The position numbers and the translations under genes are program-made. A stretch of 64,000 nucleotides of DNA from NCBI GenBank assembly GCA_965217895.1, contig CBDCJV010000002.1:2720001-2784000 (forward strand), in the 5' to 3' direction. Below, piece after piece: positions 32,488-42,119 of this stretch (position 1 is the first letter of the stretch; every line of letters starts with the position of its first letter). The DNA is from Waterburya sp. Lineage in GTDB: Bacteria; Cyanobacteriota; Cyanobacteriia; Cyanobacteriales; Xenococcaceae. The notes beneath the pieces were generated by a model, which saw only the letters and a program-made list of their open reading frames with translations, did not search any database and had not been told where the DNA came from.

Positions 32488-32735
32488 AAATGTTCAATTT
32501 TTGTAGGACAACTTACTTTAGAAATAAAATGTCAGGAACTTTACAAGATTAAAGCAAAAATTACTCGTTCATGTTTTCAAGAAAAGTAATAGACCTAGTG
32601 AGCTTAAATAAATATATTTACGTAGTTTTCTTGCAAACTTCTTGACATCTTTTACTTATTTTGAAAAGTAGATTAGATAAGTAGTCTCAGTAAGTATAAT
32701 CTGCGTTCTATATTTGTAAGTAAAAGAAACCCATC

Positions 32736-33119
32736 ATGTTGAAACCAATAATTACAACTGTTGCGACTGCGCTCTTAACTCTACCAGTCAGCGCACTGCC
32801 TATGTCAGCACAGACAATTTCTACCTCGCTCCCTCCTGGCAGTAAAATGATTTTTATTAATGACATTGCGTTTAATCGTGCCAAAAATTTAGCGAGACAA
32901 ACGGCAGAAAAGATTAACGGAGGATTGAGCCATTATCGTGCAGAAAGCTCAATGTATGGTTCTGCTTGGGAAACTCCTTATAAAGACAATGGTGATGGAA
33001 CTTGGACATTCTCATTTACTGGACATAAACCCGATTCAACTATCCCCTCTACCAAAAGCATTATAACCGTTTCTCAGAATGGACAAATAGCTGTTAAATA
33101 CAATGGTTTAACTGAGTAG
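32736..33119 (+). CDS. Conserved secreted hypothetical protein
   Basis: Signal peptide; NRAKNLARQTAEKINGGLSHYRAE..WTFSFTG. Confidence 0.75.
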   Translation: MLKPIITTVATALLTLPVSALPMSAQTISTSLPPGSKMIFINDIAFNRAKNLARQTAEKINGGLSHYRAESSMYGSAWETPYKDNGDGTWTFSFTGHKPDSTIPSTKSIITVSQNGQIAVKYNGLTE

Positions 33120-33325
33120 TAGTAGTCAATTAGTTACTACTGCATGACGATTTAAGCCAAAACAATTATCATCTAAAGATTGAACAGCAACTGTTTGTTT
33201 TGACAAGAAAAGTAACTGCCGATTAGGTTACGGGCGAGCTGCGTCCTTTCAACGGCAAAATATTGCGAAATTCCCTTTCAAAAGCAGCATTGGCAAAAGC
33301 GCAAAGAATAGAAATTTAATTTTTT

Positions 33326-33509
33326 GGCGTTGCTGAATCCAGGTATGATTCATAATTTTTACTCGTTGAGCAAATCAATTAAAAAGCTAAGAGCTGCAAG
33401 CTGGAGCTTGCCGACTCTCCTTCGGAGAGGCGAGGCTTTCCAAAGCCTCTAAGAGCTAATAGCTATGAACAGATTACTTTTCGGTTTCATACTTCAAATC
33501 AGCAACGCC
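33326..33509. mobile_element. MITE, TIR GGCGTTGCTGA, copy 3, 8-bp TSD AATTTTTT
   Basis: TIRs and TSD; carries extra GC-rich hairpins at about 33411-33449. Confidence 0.88.
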
Positions 33510-33540
33510 AATTTTTTATGTAGAGTAGTTTACTTTCATT

Positions 33541-34227
33541 ATGCAACCATGGTTACACAAACTAGCTAGTTTTTGGCTTCAAAAAGTCAACCCTCAAATA
33601 GTTTCTTTAACCGCTGCGATTGGCACGGTGGGACTGTTGATCTGCTTGGCAATTATTTATATATTAGCCAAACTGTCTGAAGATGTATTAGAACAAGAAG
33701 CTTTTGGTTTTGATAAAGCTATTCTGTTGTGGATACATCAATTTGCCAATCCAGCATTCGATACAATAGTGCTAAATGTTACGCGCCTGGGCAATCCTGG
33801 TACAGTAGTATTGATCGCCTTACTTACTTTGGGAATATTATGGTGGCGACGTTACCATCAAGAGGCTAGAATTTTTTTACTCAACTGTTTGGGTGGTGCA
33901 GTTCTCAGTTACGGATTAAAGTTAGCTTTTAGTAAACCTCGTCCTCAACTCTGGAATTTGCTCATTTCAGAACAGTCTTATAGTTATCCTAGCGGTCATG
34001 CCTTGGGTTCGATGGTGCTGTATGGTTTTTTAGCTTATTTGCTAGGAACTCATTATCCACGATATGCCAGAGTCTTCTACTGTATAGCTGTAATATTAAT
34101 AGTTGCGATTGGTTTTAGCAGACTTTACTTAGGGGTGCATTGGCCGACAGATGTGATTGCTGGCTACGGCGTAGGATTTTTGTGGATTACTTTCAACATT
34201 ACAATGTTGAAGTTACACAGAGTTTAA
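33541..34227 (+). CDS. PAP2 family membrane phosphatase
   Basis: K..F.KPRP, SYPSGHA, SRLYLGVHWPTDV. Confidence 0.92.
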   Translation: MQPWLHKLASFWLQKVNPQIVSLTAAIGTVGLLICLAIIYILAKLSEDVLEQEAFGFDKAILLWIHQFANPAFDTIVLNVTRLGNPGTVVLIALLTLGILWWRRYHQEARIFLLNCLGGAVLSYGLKLAFSKPRPQLWNLLISEQSYSYPSGHALGSMVLYGFLAYLLGTHYPRYARVFYCIAVILIVAIGFSRLYLGVHWPTDVIAGYGVGFLWITFNITMLKLHRV

Positions 34228-34305
34228 CTAGCGTACATTACTTTCAACGGTTCTAAAAACTAGAGTAAGCGAGCCTCAAGCCTATGAACAATATCAATTG
34301 TCGTT

Positions 34306-34662
34306 ATGAATAAAAATAAGTTTGTTTATCATATAACTTCTTTTGCTGAGTGGAATGCTGCTCAACCTCAAGAAATTTACCAAGCACAAGGTTTTGACAA
34401 AGAAGGGTTTATTCACTGTTCTTATTGTCATCAAATATTGACAGTGGCACATCGATTTTTCAAAGGACAAAGTGGTCTTGTAATATTAGTTATTGAATCC
34501 TCTAAAATAAATAACAGTCTGGTTGAGGAAAATCTAGAGGAGGGTGTAGAACTATATCCTCATCTTTATAGTGTATTGCCAACTAAAGCGGTTAGTAAGG
34601 CGATCGCCTTTCCCTGTGATGCTGATGGTAACTTTACTTTGCCAGATGAACTTAAAGTTTAG
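34306..34662 (+). CDS. DUF952 family protein
   Basis: YHI..W..EGFIHCS..YPHLY. Confidence 0.88.
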   Translation: MNKNKFVYHITSFAEWNAAQPQEIYQAQGFDKEGFIHCSYCHQILTVAHRFFKGQSGLVILVIESSKINNSLVEENLEEGVELYPHLYSVLPTKAVSKAIAFPCDADGNFTLPDELKV

Positions 34663-34722
34663 ATTATGGGATAAATAATATTTAGCTCGATCACGATTGC
34701 CTTGGAAATGCGATCATCCTTC

Positions 34723-35151
34723 ATGGAAAAAGTCAAATCTTGCGGTGTAATCTGCTTCACTCAAACAAAACAGCCATCATTTCTCTTGATGAAGAGATCA
34801 TATCGTTATGATTTGCCCAAAGGTCACATTGAACCTGGGGAAACTGAACTTCAGTGCGCTTTGAGAGAGTTGTTTGAGGAAACAGGAATCACTAAACAGC
34901 AAGTTTGCTTAGAGCTAGATTTTCGGTTTAAAACTATTTATTATCCTCGATACAGACGTTTTGGCGGAGATAAAGTTGAAAAGTCTTTAGTTATTTTTTT
35001 CGCTTGGGTAAGCGAAGAACTAGAAATTGTGATGACAGAACATAATGCTTCTGAATGGGTTAAATGGAATCCTCCCCATTATTTTCATAACAGAATTATT
35101 GATGAGTTGCTGTTGACAGTTGATCGGCAGTTAATTGTTAAAGGTAAATAG
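34723..35151 (+). CDS. NUDIX hydrolase (Ap4A hydrolase-like)
   Basis: Nudix box PKGHIEPGETELQCALRELFEETGI. Confidence 0.88.
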   Translation: MEKVKSCGVICFTQTKQPSFLLMKRSYRYDLPKGHIEPGETELQCALRELFEETGITKQQVCLELDFRFKTIYYPRYRRFGGDKVEKSLVIFFAWVSEELEIVMTEHNASEWVKWNPPHYFHNRIIDELLLTVDRQLIVKGK

Positions 35152-35178
35152 TAGGGGCGGACAGCCGTTCGCCCGTAC
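35151..35178. repeat. GTAG-type REP-like palindrome
   Basis: GTAGGGGCGGACAGCCGTTCGCCCGTAC. Confidence 0.6.
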
Positions 35179-35182
35179 AAAA

Positions 35183-36316
35183 GTGAATGGAACAGACTGG
35201 TATCAAGAAGAAGAAGCAAAATTTCAAATAGGAAAGGCTTTCTATAATCCTCAAAGTAAGCTGGTGCGGGATTTGGGAATTTTGGCTGCAAAGGTTTATC
35301 AGCAGGATCGCGGAAGTCTCAGGGTTTTGGATGCTTTAGCTGGTTGTGGTGTTCGTAGCTTACGTTATTGGCAAGAAAGTAATGCTGACTATGTTTGGGT
35401 AAATGAAGGAAATGCCGATTATAGTTTTATATTACAGCAAAATTTATCTCAGGCGATCGCATCTGGTCATTGTCAGATTACTCATCAAGATGCCCATCGA
35501 GTATTTTTTAAATGCTATGAACATCGGGATTATTATGATTTAGTTGACGTGGATTGTTTTGGTAGTGCTGTACCCTATCTTAGTACTATGCTGTGGGCAA
35601 CTAAGATTGGTGGCTTGATGTATCTTACTAGCACTGACGGACGCACGTTAACAGGACATTTACCAGAAAATAGCATTCAGGCTTATGGCGCGATCGCCCG
35701 TTCTCATCCCGCAGCGCACGAACAGGCTTTAAGACTATTGATTGGCAGCACTCAACAACAGGCTGCGACTAAAGGTTTAGGAGTTGAACCAGTTTTTTCT
35801 TTGTTTACAGGGAAAACTTATCGTCTGATGATGCGGTTGTTGTCTAAACCTAATCTAACTGACAGCAATTATGGTTTTCTCGCCTATTGCCATAGCTGTG
35901 GTAACTATCAAACTATTCCCTGGCGTAAATTAAATAAAATTGCCTGTACCTGTTCTAATTCTGCCATAACCGTCAGTGGTGCAATGTGGCTAGGTAAATT
36001 ACACAACCTAAAACAAATAGAACGGTTTATAATTTTGGCTCAACAGTTAGGCTGGCAAAAAGTTGTTGAATTACTAAGTTTAATGAAAGATGAGATTAAT
36101 CTACCGCCTTACTTTTACAAATTAGGCGAAATTGGTCGTCGCGGAAAAATAGACATAGCAAAGCGATCGCTCTTAATCAAAGCTTTACAGGACAAAGGTT
36201 ATCAAGCAGCAGCAACCCATATCGATCCCCAAGGAATCAAAACCGATGCGGATCTCGAAACCTGTATTGCGATCGCGTCTATGCTATATAGCCATATAAG
36301 GTTGGACAAAAAATAA
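35183..36316 (+). CDS. Trm1-like tRNA (guanine-N2)-dimethyltransferase
   Basis: AFYNP..RDLG, VLDALAGCGVRSLRY, DVDCFGS, TSTDG, CxxC, THIDPQGIKTDA; GTG start chosen. Confidence 0.8.
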   Translation: MNGTDWYQEEEAKFQIGKAFYNPQSKLVRDLGILAAKVYQQDRGSLRVLDALAGCGVRSLRYWQESNADYVWVNEGNADYSFILQQNLSQAIASGHCQITHQDAHRVFFKCYEHRDYYDLVDVDCFGSAVPYLSTMLWATKIGGLMYLTSTDGRTLTGHLPENSIQAYGAIARSHPAAHEQALRLLIGSTQQQAATKGLGVEPVFSLFTGKTYRLMMRLLSKPNLTDSNYGFLAYCHSCGNYQTIPWRKLNKIACTCSNSAITVSGAMWLGKLHNLKQIERFIILAQQLGWQKVVELLSLMKDEINLPPYFYKLGEIGRRGKIDIAKRSLLIKALQDKGYQAAATHIDPQGIKTDADLETCIAIASMLYSHIRLDKK

Positions 36317-36493
36317 AATTATGTTTCTATTATTGGCAATATTCTAATGCCCACCCAGTAATCAGAATGAACCTGTATGTACTTAGTAAGCAGTAATAAG
36401 TAATCTATAAACATATCCTTAAGGAATTGTGTGTGTAACAATAATTAGCGTTACTCATCAAAGTAGTTAAGCAATTTATCCTTAGATCTAAAC

Positions 36494-38521
36494 ATGGAAC
36501 CGCTTTATCAATATGCCTGGCTAATTCCCGTATTGCCTCTACTGGGGGCGATGTTGGTAGGGATTGGTTTAATTTCCGTAAACAAGGCAACTAACAATCT
36601 GCGTCAGATAGTTGCCGTCTTTATTGTCTCCGTCCTTGGAGCAACAATGGTAATGTCTTTTGCCATTCTCTGGAGTCAAATTCATGGACATGAATCAGTT
36701 ACTCGCACCATTGAGTGGGCTTCGGCGGGAGATTTTCATCTTTCTATGGGCTATACCATCGATCATCTCAGTGCTTTGATGCTGGTAATCGTGACCACCG
36801 TAGCTTTTCTAGTGATGATTTATACCGATGGCTATATGGCTCACGACTCTGGCTACGTGCGCTTTTACGCTTACCTGAGTATATTTAGCTCTTCTATGCT
36901 GGGATTAGTAATCAGTCCTAACTTAGTTCAGATATACATCTTCTGGGAACTAGTGGGGATGTGTTCTTATCTCCTGATTGGTTTTTGGTTTGATAAGCAA
37001 CCCGCAGCCGATGCCTGTCAAAAAGCCTTTGTAACTAACCGCGTCGGTGACTTTGGCTTATTGCTAGGAATGTTGGGCTTATATTGGGCAACAGGCAGCT
37101 TTGAATTTGGCGTAATGGGCGATCGCTTGGGAGAATTGGTTTCTTCTGGGGCTATTAGCGCGTTTCTTGCCACCTTATTTGCCATCTTAGTCTTTTTAGG
37201 GCCCGTAGCTAAATCGGCTCAGTTTCCCCTGCACGTTTGGCTACCAGACGCGATGGAAGGACCTACTCCCATCTCGGCACTGATTCACGCTGCCACTATG
37301 GTTGCTGCGGGAGTATTTTTGATTGCGCGGATGTATCCCGTATTTGAAAATGTGCCTGTAGCGATGGAAGTTATTGCCTGGACTGGGGCATTTACGGCAT
37401 TCCTTGGTGCAAGTATTGCTTTAACCCAAAACGACATTAAAAAGGGTTTGGCATACTCTACCGTCTCTCAGCTAGGCTACATGGTCATGGCAATGGGTAT
37501 TGGTTCATATAGTGCTGGTTTATTCCACCTGATGACTCACGCTTACTTTAAAGCCATGCTATTCCTTTGTTCTGGTTCAGTAATTCACGGCATGGAAGAC
37601 GTAGTAGGACATAATCCTTTACTCGCTCAAGATATGCGTCTTATGGGTGGCTTAAGAAAATATATGCCCATCACCGCTGGTGCTTTTTTCGTTGGTAATT
37701 TAGCTATCTGTGGGATTCCTCCTTTTGCTGGTTTTTGGTCAAAAGACGAAATCTTAGGACAGGCTTTTGAAGCCAATCCCGCCCTCTGGTTTATCGGTTG
37801 GGCTACGGCTGGTTTAACTGCTTTTTATATGTTCCGTATGTACTTTATGACCTTTGAAGGTGAGTTTCGCGGTAACGATAATGCTGTCAAACAACAGTTG
37901 ATGTCTGAAGCAGGAATGGCTTTTGGTCCTGGGGCAATGGATACCAAAGAAGGTGACAGTCATGGACATAGTGAATATCCCCATGAATCTCCTCTAACGA
38001 TGGCATTACCTCTGCTAGTTTTAGCCATACCTTCGATTGGTATAGGTCTACTTGGTCGCCCTTGGGAAAATTATTTTGAAGAATTTATTCACGCCCCAAG
38101 CGAAATAGTGGCAGGCGTAGGCGAACACGCTTTTGACTGGAATGAATTCCTGATTATGGCAGGCTTATCAGTGGCGATCGCCGTAACGGGAATTATCGTG
38201 GCACTATTAATGTATCGTACTAAAAAAATCGATCATAGTGCGATCGCCAAAAAAGTTCCTACCCTCTATCGTTTCTCCCTCAATAAATGGTATTTTGATG
38301 ACCTTTACCATAAAGTCTTTGTTATGGGTATTCGTCGTCTAGCCAGACAAATCATGGAAGTAGATTACCGCGTAGTCGATGGTGCTGTTAACTTAACTGG
38401 TTTAGCTGCTGTCCTTAGTGGAGAGGGCTTAAAGTATCTAGAAAATGGTCGCGCCCAATTCTATGCCCTGATTGTCTTTGGTGCAGTTTTAGGATTTGTG
38501 ATTGTGTTTAGTGTTGCTTAA
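36494..38521 (+). CDS. ndhF1: NAD(P)H-quinone oxidoreductase subunit 5 (NdhF1)
   Basis: MEPLYQYAWLIP, KSAQFPLHVWLPDAMEGPTPISALIHAATMV, NKWYFD. Confidence 0.96.
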   Translation: MEPLYQYAWLIPVLPLLGAMLVGIGLISVNKATNNLRQIVAVFIVSVLGATMVMSFAILWSQIHGHESVTRTIEWASAGDFHLSMGYTIDHLSALMLVIVTTVAFLVMIYTDGYMAHDSGYVRFYAYLSIFSSSMLGLVISPNLVQIYIFWELVGMCSYLLIGFWFDKQPAADACQKAFVTNRVGDFGLLLGMLGLYWATGSFEFGVMGDRLGELVSSGAISAFLATLFAILVFLGPVAKSAQFPLHVWLPDAMEGPTPISALIHAATMVAAGVFLIARMYPVFENVPVAMEVIAWTGAFTAFLGASIALTQNDIKKGLAYSTVSQLGYMVMAMGIGSYSAGLFHLMTHAYFKAMLFLCSGSVIHGMEDVVGHNPLLAQDMRLMGGLRKYMPITAGAFFVGNLAICGIPPFAGFWSKDEILGQAFEANPALWFIGWATAGLTAFYMFRMYFMTFEGEFRGNDNAVKQQLMSEAGMAFGPGAMDTKEGDSHGHSEYPHESPLTMALPLLVLAIPSIGIGLLGRPWENYFEEFIHAPSEIVAGVGEHAFDWNEFLIMAGLSVAIAVTGIIVALLMYRTKKIDHSAIAKKVPTLYRFSLNKWYFDDLYHKVFVMGIRRLARQIMEVDYRVVDGAVNLTGLAAVLSGEGLKYLENGRAQFYALIVFGAVLGFVIVFSVA

Positions 38522-38572
38522 TGAGCTTTTAGCTTTTAGTTTCTAATTAATTTCGCAAGTCTTAGTGTAAAA

Positions 38573-38609
38573 AGATCGCCCTTCTCAAAAGAAGAGCGAT
38601 CTCTTTTTT
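38573..38609 (+). terminator. Intrinsic terminator after ndhF1
   Basis: AGATCGCCCTTCT-CAAA-AGAAGAGCGATCT followed by a T-run. Confidence 0.75.
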
Positions 38610-38649
38610 GTTACTAGTAAATTTGCTCTTGATCGGCTTATCTGTTATC

Positions 38650-38757
38650 TATAGCATTACGCATCAAGATTAGGACGTTTTATAAAATTGCTAGCTGCTA
38701 CTTGCTACTTTCGAGCCGATAACCAAATATGTCCTAACGTAACTTTGTACGACTATA
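38650..38757. mobile_element. Degenerate MITE-like element, TA-flanked
   Basis: Imperfect TIR TATAGC..TTAGGAC / GTCCTAA..GACTATA; internal CTTGCTA repeats. Confidence 0.5.
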
Positions 38758-38855
38758 TCTCGCTCTATTTTTACTAATTTTTTTCAGAAATGTAATCAGG
38801 CCTTACCATAAGATAAAATGGACGATTGGATTAGCTGAATATAAAGGACGATTTC

Positions 38856-39995
38856 ATGGAAGACAAGCATATGTTGATGATTCCTGGACCTACACCAGTT
38901 CCAGAGAAAGTATTAATGGCTTTAGGTAAACATCCCATCGGACATCGCAGTGGTGACTTTAGTAAGATCATCGCTGAGATCAATCAGAATTTAAAATGGT
39001 TACACCAAACTAAGAACGAAGTACTTTCCCTTAACGTATCAGGTACGGGGGCAATGGAGGCGGGAATGATTAACTTCCTCAGTCCAGGCGATCGCGTTTT
39101 GGTCGGAGTTAATGGTAAATTTGGCGATCGCTGGGCGCAGATTTGCGAAGCTTTTGGTTTACAAACTGAGCGTATTACTGCTGATTGGGGGACACCTCTA
39201 GACACAGAAGAAATTCGCACTAAATTAGAAGCAGATAGCAACAAAGAAATTAAAGCGGTTGTAATTACCCACTCAGAAACTTCCGCTGGAGTGCTTAATG
39301 ATTTAGAAACCATTAATAAGCACGTTAAAGCGCACGGCGAAGCTTTAATCATTGTCGATGCAGTAACCAGCTTAGGTGCATACAATATCCCTATTGACGA
39401 CTGGGGATTAGACGTGGTGGCATCTGGTTCACAAAAAGGCTATATGATTCCCCCAGGGATGGGCTTTATTGCTGTTAGCGATAAAGCATGGAAAGCTTAC
39501 GAAACTAGTAAGTTTCCGCGCTTCTATATGGACTTAGGTAAGTACAAAAAAGCTAACGCTAAAGACAGTACTCCCTTTACTCCCCCAATTAACCTGATGT
39601 ATGGTTTGCAAACTGCCCTCCAAATGATGCAAAGAGAAGGATTAGAAAACATCTTTGCCCGCCACCTGCGCTTAACTAATGCTTCCCGCGCTGCTGCTAA
39701 AGCAATAGGGTTAAAGCTACTTGCACCTGATGATGCAGCTAGTACAGCGGTAACGGCGATCCTGACTGACGATGCAGAAGCAATCAGATCGACTATGCGT
39801 CAGAAATACGATATCGCCCTAGCAGGAGGACAAGATCACCTCAAGGGTAAAATTTTCCGTATTGGTCATCTTGGCTTTGTAAGCGATCGCGATATTTTAA
39901 CGGCGATTTCTTGTCTTGAAGCAACTTTAATTGAGCTTGGTCACGATTTTGATTCTAAAGCTGGAGTTAAGGCTGCTGCTGCTGCATTAGTTTAA
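38856..39995 (+). CDS. Class V aminotransferase (alanine-glyoxylate/serine-pyruvate type)
   Basis: LMIPGPTP, SGTGAMEA, HSETS, DAVTS, SGSQKG, FRIGHLG. Confidence 0.93.
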   Translation: MEDKHMLMIPGPTPVPEKVLMALGKHPIGHRSGDFSKIIAEINQNLKWLHQTKNEVLSLNVSGTGAMEAGMINFLSPGDRVLVGVNGKFGDRWAQICEAFGLQTERITADWGTPLDTEEIRTKLEADSNKEIKAVVITHSETSAGVLNDLETINKHVKAHGEALIIVDAVTSLGAYNIPIDDWGLDVVASGSQKGYMIPPGMGFIAVSDKAWKAYETSKFPRFYMDLGKYKKANAKDSTPFTPPINLMYGLQTALQMMQREGLENIFARHLRLTNASRAAAKAIGLKLLAPDDAASTAVTAILTDDAEAIRSTMRQKYDIALAGGQDHLKGKIFRIGHLGFVSDRDILTAISCLEATLIELGHDFDSKAGVKAAAAALV

Positions 39996-40073
39996 ATATT
40001 GTTCAATTTTAAGAGAATTTAGCCCCCCAAATCCACCGACTCTGGGGGATTTTTTTGGGGTTTTATCCCTCTA

Positions 40074-40310
40074 TTACTTTAGGCAATTCTCTCGCTTGAC
40101 TGTAGGGGCGACACAAGAAGGTAAAAAGTAAGCGAGAAACGGCATTTCAAAGTGCTGGAGATCGTCATGAACAGGAACTCTCCATTTTTTGCCATGGTAG
40201 CGTGCTAGGAGCAGTTTATTTTCGTCGTCACCGAAACATCTTATTTTATGGGGTTGTATTTGCGCCATTTGTCGCCTCTTGTAATTAGCAACTGATGTCG
40301 CTTGAACCAT
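40074..40310 (-). CDS. Small hypothetical protein
   Basis: 78-aa ATG ORF 9 bp downstream of the VOC-GST gene; no recognisable motif. Confidence 0.35.
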   Translation of the reverse strand: MVQATSVANYKRRQMAQIQPHKIRCFGDDENKLLLARYHGKKWRVPVHDDLQHFEMPFLAYFLPSCVAPTVKRENCLK

Positions 40311-40319
40311 AAATTATTG

Positions 40320-41465
40320 TTAATTGAAAGCAATTCCAGGCATTTCAATAAAGTTAGGTAGTTGTTTAATGCGATCGCACCATTGTTTTATAGCAGGATA
40401 TTTATCTAACATCACACCGCCTTCTGGTGCTAATGCGATATAGGGAAAACAGGCGATATCGGCAATGGTAGGGCGATCTGAGGCTAACCATTGATGTTGG
40501 GTTAAATGTTGTTCGACTATGTTGAGAATTGACTCTGCTTTTTGTTGCGCTGCTTCTAAGTTAATGGCAAAGCCAAACTTCTGGTTTAGCCTGGCATCAT
40601 TAGGACCACGAGCAATTTCGTTTGCTGCTGTTGATAACCATTGAGTTACTTGCGCCATGCCTGCTGGATCGCTCGGTAGCCAAGCTTCTCCACCATATTT
40701 TTTAGCTAAGTAAACTAAAATTGCTTGGGAATCTCTTAAAACTAAACTGTCATCTTCTAATACTGGAATTTGTCCTAAAGGATTTAATTGCAAAAACTCC
40801 AGTGATTTATGTTGTCCAGCCATAAAATCAACAGCCACAAGCTCATATTTGATATTTAACAAAGATAAAAATAAACGTACTTTGTAACAATTTCCTGAAA
40901 GCTCTAAGTCGTATAGTTTCATAGTTGAAATTTCCTGAATATCTTGTTGTGCAGCAAGTGGATAGATCTGGTCGAACTCTAATACGTTGCCATCAGGATC
41001 GCGAATAAAACAAACTCTACGACGTTCTCCAAGGTAAAGTGGTCCTTCTGTAACTTGAATATTCTCTTGTCTTAATTTGGTGAGTACCAAATCTAAATCA
41101 TCAACAATAAAGGCTGAATGAGTTATTCCTGGATATTTAATCGGTTCATCCATAAGAATGTTGCGAGACAGTCCGTTGCGAGCCAAAGCGTTGCGGGGGT
41201 TTCCCCCGTTATAGCTATTGGCGAGGGTGCGGGGGTCAGATGCGACTAAAGCCTTTCTCCCGTTATAGGAACTGTCGAGGGTGCGATCGCGTTTTGCTCC
41301 ATTAAAAATCAAATTAAGATAAACACCATCTGCCGTAACTAACTCGCTTGCTTGGTCTTTAGGAAAATATCTTTCTTCGATAAACCCTAGTTTTGCGTAA
41401 AATTTCAGAGCTTCAATGCGATCGCTAACGCGAATACCTACGTGTTCGTAATCAATAATCTTCAT
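40320..41465 (-). CDS. VOC/glyoxalase domain fused to glutathione S-transferase
   Basis: EHVGIRV..HSAFIVDDL..RDPDGNVLEF, then MKLYD..SGNCYKVRL..LNPLGQIPVL..DSQAILVYL..TIADIACFPY. Confidence 0.85.
   Translation of the reverse strand: MKIIDYEHVGIRVSDRIEALKFYAKLGFIEERYFPKDQASELVTADGVYLNLIFNGAKRDRTLDSSYNGRKALVASDPRTLANSYNGGNPRNALARNGLSRNILMDEPIKYPGITHSAFIVDDLDLVLTKLRQENIQVTEGPLYLGERRRVCFIRDPDGNVLEFDQIYPLAAQQDIQEISTMKLYDLELSGNCYKVRLFLSLLNIKYELVAVDFMAGQHKSLEFLQLNPLGQIPVLEDDSLVLRDSQAILVYLAKKYGGEAWLPSDPAGMAQVTQWLSTAANEIARGPNDARLNQKFGFAINLEAAQQKAESILNIVEQHLTQHQWLASDRPTIADIACFPYIALAPEGGVMLDKYPAIKQWCDRIKQLPNFIEMPGIAFN
41166..41285. mobile_element. Nested small dispersed repeat elements (51+51+18 bp) in a HIP1 site, in frame in the VOC domain
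   Basis: Two homologous 51-mers, one inside the other, with TGCG duplications; removal restores GCGATCGC. Confidence 0.85.
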
Positions 41466-41502
41466 TATTTTGGGCTTTTAGAATCAAGCTTAGAGTTTTT
41501 TG

Positions 41503-41543
41503 TACCGAACGTTCTGTTAAAATACTTTACCGATTGTTCGGTA
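41503..41543. promoter_or_regulatory. Two TetR-type operators (consensus TACCGAACGTTCGGTA)
   Basis: TACCGAACGTTCTGTT at 41503-41518 and TACCGATTGTTCGGTA at 41528-41543, between the divergent genes. Confidence 0.7.
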
Positions 41544-41573
41544 CAATGTCAAGACAACGACTTAAAGTTTTTC

Positions 41574-42116
41574 ATGTCCAAAGAACAAGCGATCGCCAAA
41601 TTAGTTCCAGCTTTTAGACAATATGGCTATGAAGGTGCAACTCTATCATTGCTCTCAAAAGCCAGTGGTTTAGGTAAAGCCAGTCTATATCATCATTTTC
41701 CTGGTGGTAAATCAGAAATAGCTGCATCTGTACTCGAATACGTCAACAGTTGTTTTAAAGATCGGGTATTAAAGACTTTACAGGGAGAAGATGACCCAAA
41801 GTCGAAAATTCAAGCTATGTGCAGCAGTCTGCAAGAGTTTTACGATCGCGGTCAAAAACCTTGCTTTTTAGCCATTATGTCATTCGGTGAAGCCGACAAT
41901 CTGTTTCATGATCGAGTAAAAGCATCATTAAAACAGATAATTAAAGCCTTGGCTAAAGTTTTGATAGATGCAGGAATTGAACCAAAAATTGCGGAAGTGC
42001 GATCGCAAGATGCCATTGCTCAAATTCAAGGAGCATTAGTTTTAGTCAGAATTTTAGAGGATACCGAATCTTTTGAGAGGACGATCGAGAGTTTGCCAGA
42101 AAAGTTATTAAGTTAA
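41574..42116 (+). CDS. TetR/AcrR family regulator
   Basis: FRQYGYEGATLS..SGLGKASLYHHFPGGK; start set at MSKEQ. Confidence 0.92.
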   Translation: MSKEQAIAKLVPAFRQYGYEGATLSLLSKASGLGKASLYHHFPGGKSEIAASVLEYVNSCFKDRVLKTLQGEDDPKSKIQAMCSSLQEFYDRGQKPCFLAIMSFGEADNLFHDRVKASLKQIIKALAKVLIDAGIEPKIAEVRSQDAIAQIQGALVLVRILEDTESFERTIESLPEKLLS

Positions 42117-42119
42117 CTT

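Noticed and set aside
33222..33310. Slightly GC-rich possible gene remnant
   Set aside because: Short frame with no recognisable motif
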